Shown here piece by piece: positions 56,041 through 64,000 of a DNA stretch of 64,000 nucleotides. Under the pieces are notes generated by a model. That model did not search any database, had not been told where the DNA came from, and saw only the letters and a list, made by a program, of their open reading frames with translations. The stretch's first letter is position 1, and each line of letters starts with the position of its first letter. The translations under genes were made by a program, and so were the position numbers. Source of the DNA: the human T2T-CHM13v2.0 reference genome, Homo sapiens; NCBI RefSeq assembly GCF_009914755.1, contig NC_060932.1; one strand, written 5' to 3'.

Positions 56041-57606
56041 TGTCCCACTTGAGAATTTAATTCAATAACTCTACACTTTTCCAATAAATAAAAAAGTGCA
56101 TTTTTTTCACCCATAAAAATTTTTGAAATACTATGAGCAAGATACAAACATTCTGGGATGGATGGTAGATGGATGCTACACTCTTCTAGAAAGTGCTTAT
56201 GGAAATGTTTATTTTAATATGAGGAGTTTCTTTTCCTAGTTAAAACAAAGTAGATGTCTTTACAAGAAATATATTTGAAAAAATGCTTCTAGTCACCTAC
56301 TCAATTATAGCTCTAGTAGCCATATTATATTATCTACAAACCAGGTTTATTCCTGAGTTTAAAAAGAAGAAAATATCTAAATAATAAGTTAAATCTTTGA
56401 GATAATTTTTCTCATTTACACACATTTACTCAAGAGACTCAGAGTGGCAGATAGGGAATTGGGCCAACACATTTCTCAGAGAGACATGAGAACTGAGACA
56501 CACAGGGGCAGCAAGTCTGAATTTTGCTCTCATCTCTGCTCCCTTCGCCCCACTAGAGTCAACTATACGGTTGATACTCGAAGCAAATAAAAAGATAATT
56601 TTTAAAAAGTGTCAAGGTCGCAAGCATACTAGAATGCTCACAAATGTTTGCTGACTTGAACGTAAGGTTCAGCTTTCCTGATGCTTTTCACATTGCTTCT
56701 CCTCAAGACATGAGCATTGCTGCAGGCATGGCCATCTTCCAGGACATGGGCGGGTAGTGGCACATAGGAATTAAATCCTAGCATGGCTCCAGGAAAAACA
56801 AGACAAGTACTATACTCAAAAAGTAAAGTTAAAAAAAGCAAGCATGCTTAAGGGATGGGTCATGAACACCACATCAGGTTCATTTATGAGTCTTATATTA
56901 AAAATACATAGAAGCTTGTCAAAGGAATGCTCAAAATCCTCAACCCATAGACTCAGGCTTTTGGTCCCAGCCTCTTCTTCCAGAGAAGGGCACTGCTGTC
57001 TTTCAGGGAAGCCTTCACTACCTAAATGAGGAGCTAAAGATTAAAAAAAAAATTCTCTTTAAGCTTAAGAAAAGGAAATAGTTTGCTTTAAACTCATGGT
57101 TTCCAACTTGTTGAGTTAAAAACAAACCAAACCAAACCAGGACATGACAACAAGATAGTTCTGAACTGTAGGCTCTAGGGAGCAACTGGTCCTTCTTTTA
57201 GCTTTAACTGTGTCCTATTTAGAGTGCCTAACAGGTATACTAGGGGAACTTTAAAAAACTAAATGTATAAAGAGAATGAGCAGAGATATCTGTTCTGCTA
57301 ATTTTGAAAAAAAGTTACATTCTAAAATGTCCATTCAAAGAATTAACTGTGATGACTTACAGCAAAGTTTTACAAAACCAAATGAAACACCCTGGCTCCT
57401 GAAGTATGTAGAAAATGGGAACTTCAGCAGCTGCACCTCCAATTCACCTATCCTAGGACCTAGAAGGTGCTTGGTTTCTCACTCCAAAGTCAGGCAGTTT
57501 GCTATAAATGGCCAAGTTATTCTCCTTATCTGGTAGCTCTACCTTTGCATGCTGAAGCACTCACAGTTTTCTTAGGTCCTGGGGGATCAGAGCAAACTGG
57601 CTGTAA

Positions 57607-58024
<418 letters not shown>

Positions 58025-60510
58025 TAAAAAGGATTTCTTCCCCTTCACAACACTCAGCTTCCTTTTTCTTTCCTGGTAACTATGGGTCTGGTGTTGTCAT
58101 AAGGATCTACCTTCCACATGCTGGACAGTGGGGGTTGCTGCTTGAGGAGACTCAGGCCAGATACAGATCACTGTGGGGAACACTAAGCTTACTTGGTTAG
58201 AGCACGGCACTAACATTTCTGCCTCTGTGAGTTTGATTCCACCACATAATTTTTTAAAAGTGCTTTTCCATGGCCCCTTAGTGTCAACCATTCTTACGAA
58301 AGATGTGAGCAACAGTGTACATGTTTTGGCAAAAGTCGTGACAAATAGCACCAGCATCTGCCGCCCTAGGTGGACCTGTGGCCTCATCTTGGCAGCCTGT
58401 GAGTTGGGCAGAGCTGTGACGAGGCATGGTTCTGTGCCGGCTGGCAGGGTCTGTGATATGGCAGCACTGTGATCCGTACTGGAAAGACATAATGGCATGT
58501 CCTGTGAACAGCAGATACAGAAGGCTGAGTGGGGAAGCGACCCAGGGGTATTGCCACACAAAGCGATAGGCCAGCTAAGTACCAGGAGACAAACTGAGGT
58601 GGGAGGAAATAGTGACTTCATGGCCTCATTCTTTAGACTTACTCCTTAAAAGGACTAGATCCGGGGAGGGAAAAGTAATCACAAAATGTTCAAGCTAATA
58701 AGAGATATTTTTGGTCTTAAAACTAAGGTTTAAAAATTCCCAGTACTGAAAACAACTTTCTCACTCTTTTGTGAATTGGACAATTTGACCATTATGAAGA
58801 TCTTTTGAAACAATCAATGAAAATGCTACTAAGTGTCATGAATTATTTTTTAATATTTTTGAGTAAGGGGAGTACTTTAATACTGATTGGGCCCATGTAA
58901 TAGACAATATGTCACTTTTGGTGTAACTATTTTTATGAGGAAAAAACATTAACAATGAAATGCCAATTCCTATTTATAACAGACCTTTTTTGTTTAGATA
59001 TATTTCAAGTTTCCCCAGAAAATATGAGGCATGTTAATACAACACAATTATTTAAAAGGTAACAACATTAAAACATTTTACTGCTGCCAATGTAACATAC
59101 AGACATCTGAGAAATGACAATTATCAACCTTTGTAATACATGATTACGCAAGGTGATATGAGACAACCCAAGGGTAGCACATTTTAAAAAATACCCACAG
59201 TATATAACTGGCAAGCCAAAAAAACTTCCTGTATTAACAGAAATGATTACTGAATTGAACGCTTTTTAAAAAATGTCTTTTAAGCAAAAATTGTATTTCT
59301 CTTTTCATGTTACATTAAGAATTTGGAATATTATTTTTCAGTTAAGTCAAAGAAGAACTTGAAAAAAATAATGACATACTTCACAAATAGTAGAGACTAG
59401 ATGTAAACACAGACCTAAAAATGAGCAGTAGGATAAAAAAAACCATGAATGTTTGTTCTCTTCTGGACCATGATTTTAAATTTTAATTTGGTAATTCCAG
59501 ATAAAGATTCTAATTTATCATGGTTTCTGGACTGATCTCTTTAAGTTAAACACTTTCAGTCTAAGTGTGTTCAACTGGCCTAAAGCCACTGTCAGGAAAA
59601 ATGTATTTAGGAAAATATACAACACAGGGCAAGAAAATACTACTGTAGAATAAGGAATTTAGATTTCACTGCAAATAAAGCCATATTTGATATTAAAGAC
59701 ACATGTTCCTATTTTCACATCAGTCATTTATTAACACCAAACATTATACTTTAACTTTTCCCCATTACACAGTACAATAAGCCTGTCAAGATTTCCAGGA
59801 AGTAATCATCAGTACCTACTGTGCTTCCAGCAGCCAAAGCTAAGCTGGCTGGGTACCAGAAATCAACACCTTCAGGAGAATGGCATCACAAGATTGCATG
59901 GACTCATATTAACTATTACAAGGGGCACTGGAAAAAAAGGTCATTTGCTCATTTACAAAATCCTAATTGAACTAAAGCTCTGTAATTATAGCCATGGTAT
60001 CAGACCAGCTTTTTCGCACATCCTATCACATCGCTGCCTGCTGATGTTTTACACTGCCTATAAAGTCTCATAATTTTAAAAGGGAATGAAACAGAATGCC
60101 ACAGGTGACCGACCTCTGCTCCTGCTACTTGGGAGTCACGTTGTCTTGGCTTCGTCCTGGCTCAAGGTTACTAGTCTCTTGCTGCTTTGGGCCAAATCTC
60201 TTATCTCTTTACATTTCCTCCTCTCAGGCTGAGTCAAAAGTAAGTCACATGTATAACAAAACTGTCTTAAAATACCACTGTTTTTCAGCCAAGAGAATTA
60301 CGGATGCAATTTAAAGTCTAAATGTATTAATTGGAAAAATTAAATTAGAGCAACTCAAGGTTTTCCTGTAATTACCAAATGAAACTGATTGAAAAACTGT
60401 TCCTTCTAATTCTGCTTTTCCAACAAAAGTTCATCGCACTAGCAGGATAAACATTCAAAATACATAATAGAACATATCCTAATTAAGCACCAGAGTTGTG
60501 TCAGAGCCAA

Positions 60511-60561
60511 GTATATACACACACACACGTATACGTGTGTGTGTGTGTGTGTGTGTGTGTA
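60511..60561. repeat. (CA)n-CGTATACG-(TG)n palindromic microsatellite
   Basis: Perfect 30-bp palindrome at 60517-60546. Confidence 0.9.
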
Positions 60562-63500
60562 GTTTATTACTGGTTAAGTAAATGCTCTAATTAGCAAAAA
60601 TCATGAGAAATATATACAGTGATATAATGCGGTTAAATTTTAGTTCTCTGTGTTAACTACTTACTGTTAATTTAGTACTCAATTAGAATTAACTCTGGGA
60701 TTTTGAGGGCAGATAAATCAGTAATTAGCCTTTATCCCAGAAAGAATAGTGGTAGCTTCAAAAGCTTCAACAGACCTAATGATGTAATTTATTCAGGACA
60801 GAAAAAAAAATATGTAGCCAACATTCTTGCAAGAATTACTTTCTTATGGAATTTAAGATTTCCTCAAATATTTTCTTTTCTATATAGCGTTTTGTTCTTG
60901 TGTAGTTATCTGCCTAGGATACAGACAGGATATTGAGACTATTTCAGAAAGTAGACACACTAAAAACATTTGACAAATTAAAAAAATTTTGCATAAAACA
61001 GGTTACCCTTTCCTGCTGACTATACTTAAGAAATACCAAAGTAGCATACAAAATGCTTCTAAACTTTCAAAATATCTGAATAAAAACAAAGATCCTACTT
61101 TTAACTGAGATAGATTTATAATTCTTACTTACAAGATAAAAAAATTTCCTAAAATTTATTTTTAAATTTCACATAACCTGCTATAATTCGCTGTAAAAAA
61201 TGGATGTCAAAATAGAATTTTAAATATACAAATTGTTTTTGATAACTACCTTTCATACATTTTATTTAAACTGTAGCATTAGCTCAAGATGAAACTTTTT
61301 AAAAGAAACCATAGGCTTTTGTCCAACTCAAAGATTCAAGCCCAGATTCTGAACAAAGTAAATGTGATGAAATTTATGAAAAACTATACTGTACAGTCAA
61401 AACAGTGATGGTGCCTCAGTAAATATACTTCAGTAAAATATCCAGTGCTCCAAATAGCTGAGCCATCTTTCTAAGGTTCACTCTGCTTCTCTCCCCCAGC
61501 CCTCATGGCCTGTGCTACCATCTATTCTTTTAGCGTTTATGCTGGAGGGCCTTATAGTTCCTTTAAAAGTACACTGAAAATACTTTATATCACAGCTTAT
61601 TCTAACCACTGGTTCTCAAATTAAAAGGTATATTTCAGTGCATATTTCATAGCCACATTGCAGAACTAATATTTGAAAACTCTTGGGGGAAATTTTGGTA
61701 ACAAAATTGCAAAATGACATGATTATTTATGAGCTTTCTATAAAAAGTTTTTTTTTTTTTTTTTTTTTTTACTTTAGAGATCATACCTACTTTCCTGCCT
61801 TTTTGATAAGTAAGGCATGAAATGAAACAAAAGTTTTGAGCTGTAAGGTGCCTATAAAGGATGTCACTACAGCATTCACAATGCTAGGTGTGTAAGATGA
61901 CATGGCTGTTACCATGTACTAAAGAACCCCATCATGTGAGAGATCGCTCAAAGTCATTAACACAAAGCAGTGAAAATCATCCAGCAAAGCAGTGCTTATG
62001 AGAGACTAGAATTCAGAGAAATGCAAGGTACGAACTTCTCTCTAATCCAAGGGTATTCTGCTGTGATCTTCTAATCAGTGATGATTGTGCTTATGCACAC
62101 GACATCTTCATGGGAGAGACCAGGCTGATTGCAAAATAATGACAACCAACCAGTTTACCTCAACATAGCTCACTCTGCAATGTCAGACATGCAGTGTAGA
62201 GCAGTCACAAAGTCAAGCCATGAATACAGGGATGGAAAAACATTCCAGTGAGCTGGTCTCTACAATTTTTAAGACACTTCATCCTCCCAATTATATTCTT
62301 TGTCATAAAGAGGAAAAACAGCAAGATTATTAAATCCAAAAAGTCACAGATGTCACAAGGGGATGAAATAATTTCCTCATTTTTTTTCTTTATCAGTGTA
62401 GGAAAAGCTGTCTTTCCATAGCCCACACTCATAATAGCACTTCAACTAGGCTCCTTTGAAAATGAAAAGTGAACAAGTTTCCTAATGCTGGCCTTATAAG
62501 ATCTAAAGAGATGATTAAATTCAAACCAGGCTGAGCTCTTACTCTGAGCTATTTCAGCCACTGATGTTTGTAAAATATAGGAAGAAGATTCCAATAGGCA
62601 ATTTGCATTGGCAAGCACTGGACTACAGAATTCATCACTGTTTTCTGAAAAAATATAATTAAACCTTAATGGAATTATGACACTTTTATGAGGTTTATAA
62701 TTCACAGCCACCTCTCATCATATTTTGTTCTTCTTTCCATTTTTACCATTTCAAATATTGCAATATTGCCCACCATAAACCACTGAAAATGATTATTTAT
62801 GTATATTCCATTTATTTCTCTAGGGGGTCTAGGTAATTTGAATCAGGAGCTCCAAGTACCATTTAAAAAGGTGAGTCTTTAAAAACCATCAGTGTTTTAA
62901 ACACTTGATTAGAAAAAAGATAACAGCTCCTTGTAGTGATCTAGCTTATGTGCTTTATGGTATCTTTTCAAAAGGAGAGTATAAATCATTGTACATAAAA
63001 TCAAAATAGCTAATATACATTTTTTTCTGGCACTTTTGAGAAATTAGGCATTGAACATAAAACATCTTATAAACTTACATAACAAAAATAAATGTTTACA
63101 TTTTAATCTTAGATTACCTTAGGGTAGCAGTTAACTTATGAGATGCCACACTGTTGGTGTGGGCAGCGGAGACCATGGGAAATACACATTCATGTCCACA
63201 GCCCTTCAGCGATGGATGCATGGCTGCCGTCCAAATATGTGGTCTGTGTCCCAACATAAAGATTAAGGCTCTCTGTTTTGAAGGAATGAGTTCTGGGCTT
63301 AAACAAGTCTAGAAGTACCACAATACTCATGGAAAATACTGAAAAGATTCGGACGAGTTTTCAAACACTGGGGGAAACACGTTTTTGACTAGAAAAATAA
63401 AATAAAGCATCTAAAACTGACTTCAAGTACTTTGGGGAGAGGCTGCTGATATCGAATGCCAAAATAAGAAGGAACAAAGACAGAAGAGACTCCAGGGACG

Positions 63501-64000
63501 TCCCTCCCCATCCCTTCACCCGCAGGGTCCAGATCCCCAGGTGCTGATGCGCAACTCTTTGGGGAGGACTGGCGAGCTGGGCAGAAAGCAGCAGCCATGG
63601 TTTGTCACCATCCTAAAACACCTATATTGAGGGCAAAGGCCAAGCTTTGTGTGAAAATTTCCTTGGGATGAACCACAGGAATCTGGACATTTCAAGGGGG
63701 AAAAAGCCTTAAAGTCAGTAGCAGACAGAGAAAAGGAAAGAGAGGAAGAAAAACCTGCTTTTCTGAATGGCAGTACTTTAGGCCGGGGGCATTGTGGTCC
63801 TTGGTGAGTGCAGCTTTTCCATACAGCTTGGCTTTCCTCACTAATGAGATGAGACCACTGACAGCTGGGATCTTTTGTGGGTGGTGAGGGTGCAGCAGGG
63901 AGATGTGCTTGGGTGTACCTGTCCATCTGGCAGGCAGGGGCACACTCAGGTGCAGCCTAGTCCGTACCTCTCTGTCTCAGAAACTGAACAACTGGGAGAA

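Noticed and set aside
63516-63943. Minus-strand ORFs (136 and 83 aa) as the gene's last coding exon
   Set aside because: No recognisable domain and they start inside the window; more likely proximal 3' UTR

Overview
Primate, most likely human, genomic DNA (Alu J/S/Y, L1PA, THE1, MLT2A, MER39/57). I see no protein-coding exon, RNA gene or CpG island. Positions ~1-55,390 are repeat-rich intergenic or intronic sequence with a few motif-dense unique patches. Positions ~55,395-64,000 are AT-rich and nearly transposon-free, and end in a canonical minus-strand poly(A) site. I read this as a >=8.6 kb 3' UTR of a minus-strand gene whose CDS lies beyond the window (a PAG1-like layout is an unverified guess). 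I found no new gene system. The best observations are structural: (1) an inverted local duplication of an Alu plus its L1 flanks inserted into a neighbouring Alu; (2) an L1PA4 with both a tiny ORF1-derived 5' inversion and a ~370 bp 3' transduction inside an 18-bp TSD; (3) a TSD-bounded L1PA7/8 whose 5' UTR is fused directly to late ORF2; (4) readable reverse-transcriptase fossils of ancient non-L1 LINEs. Repeat family names come from recalled consensus sequences. Boundaries of old repeats are approximate.
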